A stretch of DNA of 43,697 nucleotides from Chiloscyllium plagiosum (Eukaryota): assembly GCF_004010195.1 (NCBI RefSeq), contig NC_057753.1, positions 11,491,179 to 11,534,875 of the forward strand, written 5' to 3'. The translations under genes and the position numbers were made by a program. Below the pieces are notes generated by a model. The model was not told the origin of the DNA. It searched no databases and saw only the letters and a program-made list of their open reading frames with translations. Shown here piece after piece: positions 33,920 through 43,697 of the stretch (the first letter of the stretch is position 1; every line of letters begins with the position of its first letter).

Positions 33920-35300
33920 AAAATACGGAGGCGGGGGATTGAGGGTGATTTAGCGGTTTGGATCAGACATTGCTAGCTGAAAGAAGACAGAGGGTGGTGA
34001 ATGATGGGAAATGTTCATCCTGGAGTTCAGTTACTAGTAGGGTACTGCAAGGATCTGTTTTGGGTCCACTGTTGTTTGTCATTTATATCAATGACCTGAA
34101 TGAGGGATTAGTAAATTTGCGGATGACACTAAAGTCGGTAGAGTTGTGGATAGTGACGAAGGATGTTGTAGGTTACAGAGAGACATAGCTGGGTTGAGAG
34201 GTGGCAAGTGGAGTTTAATGCGGAAAAGTGTGAAGCGATTCACTTTGGAAGGAGTAACAGGAATGCAGAATACTGAGCTAATAATAAGATTCTCGGTAGC
34301 GTAGATGAGCTGAGAGACCTTGGTGTCCATGTACATAGATCCCTCAAAGTTGCCACCCAGGTTTTTTAGATTGGATTCGATTCCCTTACAGTGTGGAAAC
34401 AGGCCCTTTTGCCCAACAAGTCCACATCGACCCTCCGAAGAGCAACCCACCAAGACCCATTCCCCTACACCGAACACTACGGGCAATTTAACATAGGCAA
34501 TTCACCTAACCTGCACATCTTTGGACTGTAGGAGGAAACCGGAGCACCGGGAGGAAACCCATGCAGACACAGGGAGAACTGTCTCCACACAGACAGTTGC
34601 CCAAGGCAGGAAATGAACCCAGGTCCCTGGTGCTGTGAGGCCGCAGTGCTAGCCACTGAACCACCATCCACTGAGCCACCGTGCCATCCGGGTTGATAGG
34701 GTTGTTAAGAAGGCACACTGTGTGTTAGCTTTTATTGGTAGAGGGATGGAATTTCGGAGACATGAGGTTATGCTGCAGCTGTACAAAACATTTGGAGTAT
34801 TGCGTACAGTTCTGGTCATCGCATTATAGGAAGGATGTGGAAGCTTTGGAAAGGGTGCAGAGGAGATTTACCAGGATGTTGCCTGGTACGGAGGGAAGGT
34901 CTTATGAGAAAAGGCTGAGGGACTTGAGGCTGTTTTTGTTAGAGAGAAGAAGGTTGAGAGGCAACTTAATTGAGACATGTAAGATAATCAGAGGGTTAAG
35001 TTGGACAGTGAGAGCCTTTTTCCTCGGATTGCAATGGCTAGTATGAGGGGACACAACTTTAAATTGAGGGGTGATAGATATAGAACAGATATCAGAAGTA
35101 GTTTCTTTACTCAGAGTAGCAGGGGTGTGGAACGCACGGTCTGCAACAGTAGTAGACTCGCCAACTTTAAGGGCATTTAAATGGTCATTGGATACACATA
35201 TGGATCAGAATGGGATAGTGTAGGTTAGATGGGCTTTGGGTTGGAACAATATCGAGGGCTGAACATTCCTGCCCTGGAATGTTCTACGTTCTATGTTCTA
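33920..35300 (+). mobile_element. CR1 RT/3' fragment interrupted by a SINE
   Basis: [49 protein letters not shown]; (TTCTATG)n tail. Confidence 0.88.
34367..34686 (-). mobile_element. HE1-type SINE
   Basis: Reverse complement of 12883-13160; approximate TSD GCCA(C/T)CC(A/G)GGTT. Confidence 0.85.
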
Positions 35301-36055
35301 CATTGACATAAGGTTCGATCACAAGGAATCCAGGAAGAATTAGCCAATGGTATACGATTTGGCCTGACGGTAGAAGACAGACAGTGGTGGTAGAGGATTG
35401 GTATTCAGACTGAAGGCCTGTGACAGCAAAGATTGTGTCGCGGTACACTATCATTCGTCATTTATAAAAACGATTTGGATGAGACTACAGCAGGCATGTT
35501 TAGTAAGTTTATGCATGACACCAAAATTGGTGAAGAAGGTTATCTCCGAATACACTGAGATATTGATCAGCTGGGCTGAAGAATGGCAAATGGAGTTTAG
35601 AATTAGAATTCATGTCCACACTGACCCTCCGAAGAGTAACCCACCCAGACCCATTACCCCTGACTAATGCAATTAACCTACACATCCATACTTATACACA
35701 TCTACCAGAATCCATCTACCAGGCCCGCTGTCGAGGAAAGGCCGCCAGCATTCTCAAAGCTCCATCCCATCCCCTGGCAATGTTTTTCTACAACCTCTCC
35801 CATCAGAGAGAAGGTACTGAAGCCTGAACACACGCACCAGCCGGTTTCCAAACAGTTTCTACCCTGCTGTTGTTAGAATCCTGAATGGACTCAAACTCTT
35901 AGCATTCACCTGTAGCTGTGCTTTTGTTTTTGCTGCTATTTACCTGTTATTTACTTATCTGTGCTATTTTAACTCCGTGATCTGCCTGTATCGCTAGCAA
36001 GACAAAGCTTTTCACTGTGCCTCGGTACACGTGACAATAAATTCAATTCAATCCC

Positions 36056-36265
36056 TGAACACTATGGGCAATTTAGCAAGGCCAATTCATCTAACCTGCA
36101 CATCCTTTTTTGGATTGCGGTAGGAAACCGGAGTACCCAGAGGAAACCCATGGGAGAATGTGCAAACTCCACACAGACAGTCGCCCGAGACTGGAATCAA
36201 ACCCGGGTCCCTGGCGCTGTGAGGCAGCAGTGCTAACCACTGAGCCCACTGTGCTGCCCACGGTG
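36056..36265 (-). mobile_element. HE1-type SINE 5' part
   Basis: Minus strand GGCTCAGTGGTTAGCACTGCTGCCTCACAGCGCCAGGGACCCGGGTTTGATTCC. Confidence 0.8.
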
Positions 36266-36723
36266 CCCATTTAATTTAGATAAGTGCAAGGTGTTGCATT
36301 TTTGTTAAGACAAACCAAGGCAGACCTTACACAGGTAGGGACTGTTGTCAAACAGAGAATAGGGGGGGTGCAGGTACACAGTTCCATGAAAATCGCATCA
36401 CAGGAAGAAAGTTGATGAAGGCAGCATTTGGTACACTTGCTGTCATCAGTCAGAGCATTGAGTATCGGAGTTGGGACGTCATGTTACGGCTGCAGAAAAC
36501 ATTGGTAAGGCCACAGTTGGAGTACAGCAGACAGTTCTGGTCACACTGCTGTAGGAAGGCTATTATCAAACTGCAAAGTGTGCAATAAAGATTTACAAGG
36601 ATGTTACTGAGTTTGCAGAGTTTGGTGTTCTAAGGACAGGCTGGACAAACTGAGACTTCTTTCCATGAAGTGTAGGAGGCTGAGGGGTGGCCTTATGGAG
36701 GTTTATAAAATCACGAGGGCAGG

Positions 36724-37030
36724 ATTAGATTCACTACAGTATGAAAACAGGCCCTTCCACCCAACATGTTTCACATCGACCCTCCAAAGAGTAGCCCACC
36801 CAGACCAATTCACCTAACCTACATTTACTCCTGACTAATGCACCTGTCACTATGGGCAATTTATCATTTCACCTGACCTGCACATCGTTGGACTGTGGGA
36901 GGAAACCGGAGCACCCAGAGGAAACCCACGCAGACACGGGGAGAACGTGCAAACTCCACACAGTCAGTCACCCGAAGTGGGAATCGAACCCGAGTCAGTG
37001 GTGCTGTGAGGCAGCAGTGCTAACCACTAC
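36724..37030 (-). mobile_element. HE1-type SINE within a CR1 fragment
   Basis: B-box GGTTCGATTCC and AATCT tail on the minus strand. Confidence 0.85.
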
Positions 37031-37924
37031 CCCACCCCCATGGGTGAAGTGAATAGATTGGCTCTCCCCAGGCTAGGGGAGAGCAAAACTCGACGTCACA
37101 AGTTTAAGGTGACAGGGGTAAGATTTGAAAGGGGGCCCGAAAGGCAGCGTTTTCACGCAGGGAGTGGTCCGTATATGGAACGAGCTGCCAGAGGAAATTG
37201 TAGAGGAGAGTACAATTACAACATTTAAAAGACATATGGACAGGTATGTGGATTGGAACGGTTTGTAGGGATATGGGCCAAATGCTGACAAATGGGACTG
37301 CACCACTTTACCCATCAAGTTTACTCATTCACACAGGATTGGAAGGGTATTTGCCCTTCTGGGGCAATTTAGAGTGAGAGGTCATTGGATATGGGGTAGT
37401 AATTTCAAACACAGACGTGGAGAAATTACTTTCATCAATAGGGTCATTAATCCGTGGAATGCATTCCCCCAGAGTGCTGTGGATGCCAGGACATGGGGTA
37501 AACTTGAGGAGATTGACAGATGATGTTTAATCAGTAACAGGTTGAAGGGTTATGGAGAGGAGGCAGGAAAGTGGAGTTGAAGCCGAGATGCGATCAGCCT
37601 CGATGGTATTAAATAGTGGGGCAGGCTGGATGGGCTGAATGGTGTACCCCTGCTCCTCGATGTCATGGTCTCACTGGGTTGACTTTAGATCTACCTGCAG
37701 TGGGAGGCAAACTCTGTTTCCTAACCAGGACAAAGTAAACGTTGTTCATCAGCTTCTGTGGATCATTTCAGAGGGAATGTGCACTCCCAGGCTGACAGAG
37801 CATCAGCCCCACGGGAATATATAACGCCTCTGACCCTCCCACTTCACCCACTGTCCGAATGAACATGGTTCAGTCTTGGATATGATTTTCAGCAGCAAGT
37901 ACAGCAAAATCTAAATGCAGTTGA

Positions 37925-38787
37925 GGTTGATGAACTTTCTTGTGTCTCCGTATCATTCATGACTGGATAAATCCCCTTCCCACACACTGAGCAGGTGAAT
38001 GGTTTCTCCCCGGTGTGAATTCGCTGGTGTTTCAGCACAGCAGTTGGATCCCTGAATCCTTTCCCACACACTGAGCAGGTGAATGGCTTCTCCCTGGTGT
38101 GAATTCGCTGGTCTTTCAGCACAGCGGATGAATCCCTGAATGCTTTCCCACACACTGTGCAGAGGAATGGTCGCTCCCCAGTGTGAACGCGCTGGTGGAC
38201 CAACAACTGGCACAACTGAGTGAATCCCTTCCCACACTCAGAGCAAGTGAACGGCCTCTCCCCGGTGTGTACCCACCGTTGTCTCCGCATGCTAGACGGA
38301 TCGCTGAATCATTCTGTACACTCAGAGCAGGAGAATGGCCTCTCTCTGGTGTGAACCCACTGATGTGACAGTAGGGAAGAGGAGAGTGCGAATCCCTTCC
38401 CGCACTCAGAGGAGGTGAATGGCCTCTCCCTGGAGTGAAATCGTTTGTGTTTTACAAGGCAGGATAACCGACTAGATCACTTATCGCACCCAAGGCAGGT
38501 GAATGGCTTCTCCCCGGTGTGTCAGCAGGGAAGAGGAGTCAGCGAAACCCTTCCCACAGTCTGAGCAGGTAAATGGCCTCTCCCCGGTGTGTACCCGCTG
38601 GAGTGCCAGCAGTTTGGACGAGAAACTGAATCTCTTCCCATACTCAGACCAGGAGAAAGGCCATTCCCTGATGTGAAGGTGTACAAGGCAGGATGACCGA
38701 CTGAATGCCTTACCGCACTCGGAGCAGGTAAACGTCCTCTCACCTGTGTGAACCCGTTTGTGTGCCACCAGCGAAGAAGACTAATTG
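37925..38787 (-). pseudogene. C2H2 ZNF pseudogene, paralog of 31420-32766
   Basis: About 10 finger remnants with frameshifts, deletions and lost Cys/His residues; 5' part deleted. Confidence 0.88.
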
Positions 38788-38838
38788 AAAGGCCCTTGCG
38801 CTGCCCCCGTGCTGCGGGAGCTGGAGGAGGGGAGGGAA

Positions 38839-39870
38839 TTTTTTTTATATTTCAAAAATATACTTTATTCATAAAATAATTTGATGGTCTGTACAGTTGG
38901 TCATGCCATACATATGTAAACATGTACATACAGAGATCAGAATTTATCATTTTTATACAGGTCTGTACATTTTTCAATCATATGCCCATATAATTAGCTG
39001 AGGCGTCAGCAGAGCCCAAATGACTGCGCGGGCCCCCTGTTCTTCGTTAGGCANNNNNNNNNNNNNNNNNNNNNNNNNNNNNNNNNNNNNNNNNNNNNNN
39101 NNNNNNNNNNNNNNNNNNNNNNNNNNNNNNNNNNNNNNNNNNNNNNNNNNNNNNNNNNNNNNNNNNNNNNNNNNNNNNNNNNNNNNNNNNNNNNNNNNNN
39201 NNNNNNNNNNNNNNNNNNNNNNNNNNNNNNNNNNNNNNNNNNNNNNNNNNNNNNNNNNNNNNNNNNNNNNNNNNNNNNNNNNNNNNNNNNNNNNNNNNNN
39301 NNNNNNNNNNNNNNNNNNNNNNNNNNNNNNNNNNNNNNNNNNNNNNNNNNNNNNNNNNNNNNNNNNNNNNNNNNNNNNNNNNNNNNNNNNNNNNNNNNNN
39401 NNNNNNNNNNNNNNNNNNNNNNNNNNNNNNNNNNNNNNNNNNNNNNNNNNNNNNNNTTCAGCGTGTCCCTCAACACGTAGTCCTGGACCTTGGAATGTGC
39501 CAGTCTGCAACACTCAGTCGGGGTCAACTCCCTCAGCTGGAAGATCAGCAGGTTTCGGACCACCCAGAGAGCGTCCTTCACCGAGTTGATGATCCTCCAG
39601 GCACAGTTGATGTTTGTCTCGGTGTGCGTCCCGGGGAACAGGCCGTAGAGCACGGAATCCCGCGTCACAGCGCTGCTCAGGACGAACCTCGACAGACACC
39701 ACTGCATTCCTCTCCAGATTTCCTCTGCATAGGCACATTCCAGAAGGAGGTGTGTAACAGTCTCGTCCCCCCCCGCAGCCGCTTCGAGGGCAGCGTGCGG
39801 TGCGGCAGAGAGTCCGGGCGTGCATAAAGGATCTCACAGGCAGAGCCCTTCTCACCACCAGCCAAGCCAT
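38839..39870 (-). mobile_element. Tx1/L1-clade LINE 3' fragment
   Basis: AWLVVRRALPVR...CPRSGCG..ETVTHLLLEC zinc knuckle (frameshifted); VKDALWVVRN; AATAAA plus poly(A) at 38839-38870. Confidence 0.8.
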
Positions 39871-40029
39871 GGATGACCATCCTCCAAGATGAACTTCAGG
39901 ACAGACGACAGCGCAAAGTGGCCGAGCAGAGTCCGGTACCCATAGGGATGGCCTCAACTGTGTGCTTGGGTTCATGTCACACTACAGGTGACCCCACTGC
40001 ACTATACACTCACTCTTTCTCTCTCTCTC

Positions 40030-40660
40030 TTTCACACACACACACTCACAATCTTACGTACTCACGCATCTTGAAAATGTGACTGAAAAGAAGTTCTGGG
40101 ATTTACATATTAAAGAACCAAAACTAGCAAACCCATTTTAAAAGATGAAAGACTTAAATCTAGGTTTGTTCAATGATTCATTTCAGCTACATGACACTGT
40201 AATCTTTTGCTATAAATTCTGTGCCTTAGATTCCCTACAGTGTGGAAACAGGCCCTTCAGCCCAACAAGTCCACACCAACCCTCCGAAGAACAACCCACC
40301 CAGACCCATTCCCTTACATTTACCCCTGCACCTAACACTACAGGCAATTTAGCATGGCCAATTCACCTGACCTGCATATCATTGGACTGTGAGAGGAAAC
40401 CCACGCAGACACGGGAGAATGTGCAAACTCCACACAGACAGCTGCCCAAGGTGGGAATTGAACCCGGGTCCCTGGCGCTGTGAAGCAGCAGTGCTAACTG
40501 CTGAGCCACTGTGCCGTCTTATGATCCTGCTTCACAACTACGAGATGAAGAAGCAGCGCTTCGAAGGCTAGTGCCTCCAAATAAATCTGTCGGACTATAA
40601 TATGGTGTTGTGTGATTTTTAGGTTTGTCCACCCCAGTTCAACACCGGCTTGTCCAAAAC
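40030..40660 (+). mobile_element. Family B single arm with a decayed hammerhead, interrupted by a SINE
   Basis: GAGATGAAGAAGCAGCGCTTCGAAGGCTAGTG at about 40542-40573; family B terminus CCACCCCAGTTCAACACCGGC. Confidence 0.78.
40228..40515 (-). mobile_element. HE1-type SINE
   Basis: Full head-to-tail match; short TSD G(C/T)CTTA. Confidence 0.85.
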
Positions 40661-41938
40661 ATATTTTGGTGTTGCATTTTGATCAGACAAACCAAGTCAG
40701 AACTTGCACAGGTAGGGACTGCTGTCAAACAGAGAGACTAGGGTGCACAGTTCCTTGCAAGTGGTGTCGCTGGTAGTGAAAAGTGGTGAAGAAGGTGTTT
40801 GATACGCTTGCCCTCATTGGTCAGACCACTGAGTATCGGAGTTGGGATATCATGTCACGGCTGCACAATACATTGGTAAGGCCACAGTTGGTCACACTGC
40901 TGTAGAAAGGCTCTTATCAATATGCAAAGTGTGCAGTAAAGATTTACAAGGATGTTACTGAGACTGGAGAGTTTGAATTCTAGGGGAGAGGCTGGACAGA
41001 CTGGGACTTTTTTGCCTGGAGTGTAGGAGGCTGAGCAGTGGCTTTATAGAGGTTTATAAAATTATGACGGGCACAGATAAGATGAATACCAAGGTCTTTT
41101 CCCCAGGTGACAGGAATCCAAAACTAAAGGGTTTAGGGTGAAAGGGGAAAGATTTAAAAGAGATCTGATGGGCAGCTTTTTCATGCAGAGAGTGGTCCAT
41201 TTGTGGAACGAGCTAGGAGAGGAAGTGGTAGAGATGGGTACAATTACAACATTTAAAAGTCATCTGGACAGATATGTTGATTGGACAGGTTCAGAGGGAT
41301 AGTGGCCAAGTACTGGGAAATTGGACTACATCGGTTAACTCATCAACTTTATTCACTTCGTTAGGATTGGAAGGATATTTCCCCTTGTGTGGAAATTCAG
41401 AATGAGAGGTCATAAGATCATGGTTTGCAAATTTCAAACACAGACGTGGAGAAATTACTTCCGTCAAAGCAGCATTAATCTGTGAAATTCCTTCTCCCAG
41501 AGTGCTGTGGATGCCAGGAGATGGAGTAAACTTAAGGAGGAGATAGGCAGATGTTTAATCAGTAACAGGTTGAAGGGTTATGGAGAGTTGGCAGGAAAGG
41601 GGAGTTGAAGCCGGGATGCGATCAGCCTCAATGGTATTAAATGGTGGGGTAGGCTCGATGGGCTGAATGGTGTACTACTGCTCCTCGATATCATGGTCTA
41701 ACTGGGTTGACTTTAGATCTACCTGCAGTGGTAGGCAACTTCTGTTTCCTAACCAGGATAAAATAAATGTTGCTCATCAGCTTCTGTGGAGGATTTCAGA
41801 GGAAATGTGCACTCCCAGGCTGAGAAAGCATCAGCTCCTCTGGGATATAAAACCCCACTGACCCTCCCACTTCGTCCACTGTCTGAATGAACATGGTTCA
41901 GTCCTGGATGTGATTCTCAGCAGCAAGAGCAGCAGAAT

Positions 41939-43228
41939 TCAACTGGTGTCTTCACTCATGAACTCTCTGGTGTGAATTCGCTGGTGTGACAGCAGACTGG
42001 ATGACGTACTGCATCCCTTCCCGGTCTCCGAGCAGGAGAACAGCCATTTCCCGGTGTGAGCTTGCCAGTGTTGTTTCAGGTTGCATAACGACACAAACTG
42101 CTTCCCACACTCAGAGCAGGTCAATGGCTTCTGCCCAGTGTGAACTCGCTTGTGTCTCACCAGCGCAGACAACTGATTGAATCGCTTCTCGCACACGGAG
42201 CAAGTGAACGGCTTCTCTCCAGTGTGAACACGCTGGTGCACCAGCAGTTTGGATGAGGAACTGAATCCCTTCCCGCATTCATGGCAGGTGAACGGCCGCT
42301 CCCCAGTGTGAACCCTTTCGTGTTGTCGAAGGTCGGAGAACTCACTGAATCGCTTCTCACACGTGATGCAGGTGAATGGCTTCTCCCCGGTGTGACGCCG
42401 CTGGTGTTTCAGCAGGGAACAGGAGTACAGGAATCCCTTCCCACAGTCCGAGCAGGTGAATGGCTTCTCCCCGGTGTGAACTCGCTGATGTTCCAGTCGG
42501 GCAGAGGAGTGAGCAAATCTCTCCCTGCTCTCAGAGCAGGCGAACGGCCTGTCACCGGTGTGAATCCGCTCGTGTTTTCGAAGGCTGGATGACTGACTGA
42601 ATCGCTTCTCACACCAGAGGCAGGTGAATGGCTTCTCCCCGGTGTGAACCCGCCGGTGCCTCAGCAGGGAAGAGGAGTGGACAAATCCTTTCCCACAGTC
42701 TGAGCAGGAGAATGACTTCTCCCCGGTGTGCACTCGCTGGTGTGACAGCAGTCTGGATGATGAACTGAATCCCTTCCTGCACTCGGAGCAGGTGAAAGGC
42801 CATTCCCAGGTGTGAATTCGCTCGTGCTGTCCAAGGCTGGATGATCGACTGAATCCTTTTCCACACCTGAAGCAGGTAAACGGCCTCTCCCCAGCATGAC
42901 CTCGCTTGTGCGCCACCAGCCAAGTAGACCGAGTGAAGCCCTTCCCACAGTCTGAGCAGGTGAATGGCCTCTCTCCGGTGTGGATTCTCCGGTGTGTCAG
43001 TAAGGAAGAGGCGTGAGTGAAACCCTTCCCACAGACGGAGCACGTGAACGGCTTCTCCCCGGTGTGAACTCGACGGTGTCTCAATAGGGAAGAGGAGTCA
43101 ACAAAACCCTTCCCACAGTCAGAGCAGGTGAACGGCCTCTCCCCGGTGTGAACACGTCGATGAATCTCCAGCTCAGATGGAGACCTGTACCGTTTCCCAC
43201 AGTCCCCACACTGCCATGGCTTCTCCAC
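41939..43228 (-). CDS. Tandem C2H2 zinc-finger protein, 15 fingers (9 and 15 lack the second Cys); start uncertain (GTG at 43228 or an upstream ATG)
   Basis: Uninterrupted ORF of C2H2 repeats with TGE(K/R)PF linkers. Confidence 0.88.
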   Translation of the reverse strand: MEKPWQCGDCGKRYRSPSELEIHRRVHTGERPFTCSDCGKGFVDSSSLLRHRRVHTGEKPFTCSVCGKGFTHASSLLTHRRIHTGERPFTCSDCGKGFTRSTWLVAHKRGHAGERPFTCFRCGKGFSRSSSLGQHERIHTWEWPFTCSECRKGFSSSSRLLSHQRVHTGEKSFSCSDCGKGFVHSSSLLRHRRVHTGEKPFTCLWCEKRFSQSSSLRKHERIHTGDRPFACSESRERFAHSSARLEHQRVHTGEKPFTCSDCGKGFLYSCSLLKHQRRHTGEKPFTCITCEKRFSEFSDLRQHERVHTGERPFTCHECGKGFSSSSKLLVHQRVHTGEKPFTCSVCEKRFNQLSALVRHKRVHTGQKPLTCSECGKQFVSLCNLKQHWQAHTGKWLFSCSETGKGCSTSSSLLSHQRIHTREFMSEDTS

Positions 43229-43344
43229 GGTGCTGTTGTCCTTGTGTCCCTCCAGGTTGGATGATGAACTGGAGCCTGAAGTGCCCACACACACAGAACC
43301 CCCTGATGGTGTCTCCTGGAGGAACGTTATTGCAGCAGCAGCAG

Positions 43345-43540
43345 CAATAACTTCCGCATTCAGACAATAGACACGCTCTGATTGGCTGGAGGACCAGAGC
43401 GCTTCCGGTCCTCCAGCGCTGTCTATTGGACAGTCCGAATGCCGAGCTGTCGGGAGCCAGCCAATAGGAGCCGCGCCTGTTCCGGACAAAGGGCCTCGCG
43501 CTGCCCCCGTGCTGAGGGAGCTGGAGGAGGGGAGGGCACT
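43345..43540 (-). promoter_or_regulatory. CpG-rich CCAAT/ETS promoter, near-identical to 32885-33080
   Basis: Same three CCAAT boxes and two CGGAAG cores. Confidence 0.65.
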
Positions 43541-43697
43541 TTGCAACAAATCCCTTCCCTTCATTTTCCTCCAAGGCATGTGTTCACACAAAGCCCAGGG
43601 TTTCACTGTAACCTCACACTCACTGAAACTTCCTCATCTGTGAGCACAACACTCTCTGTTCCCGTTCTGGGGTTAAACTGTTCATGTGCAGGAGCTG

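Overview
Eukaryotic, repeat-rich window, inferred to be from an elasmobranch (shark) genome from HE1-type tRNA-SINEs, abundant CR1 LINE fragments and the [12 protein letters not shown] zinc-finger style. It holds a cluster of tandem C2H2 zinc-finger genes with no visible KRAB domain: three intact ORFs (9, 16 and 15 fingers) and three decayed copies. The three minus-strand copies at right lie in a tandem segmental triplication. The rest is mostly CR1, SINE, Tx1 and LTR debris, with five N-gaps. The most striking unexplained structure is two families of short insertions, each carrying a minimal type-I hammerhead-ribozyme core (CUGANGA-A-stem II-GAAA plus a loopless palindromic stem III, ACGU or AGCU), as known from Penelope-like elements. 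Most copies are head-to-head fold-back palindromes centred on or near the ribozyme and flanked by 10-16 bp target-site duplications. Other observations: possible GUG initiation of two ZNF genes, near-identical promoters on divergent finger arrays, a conserved post-stop 3'UTR element, and a promoter VNTR. Repeat family names come from recall, not from a database search.
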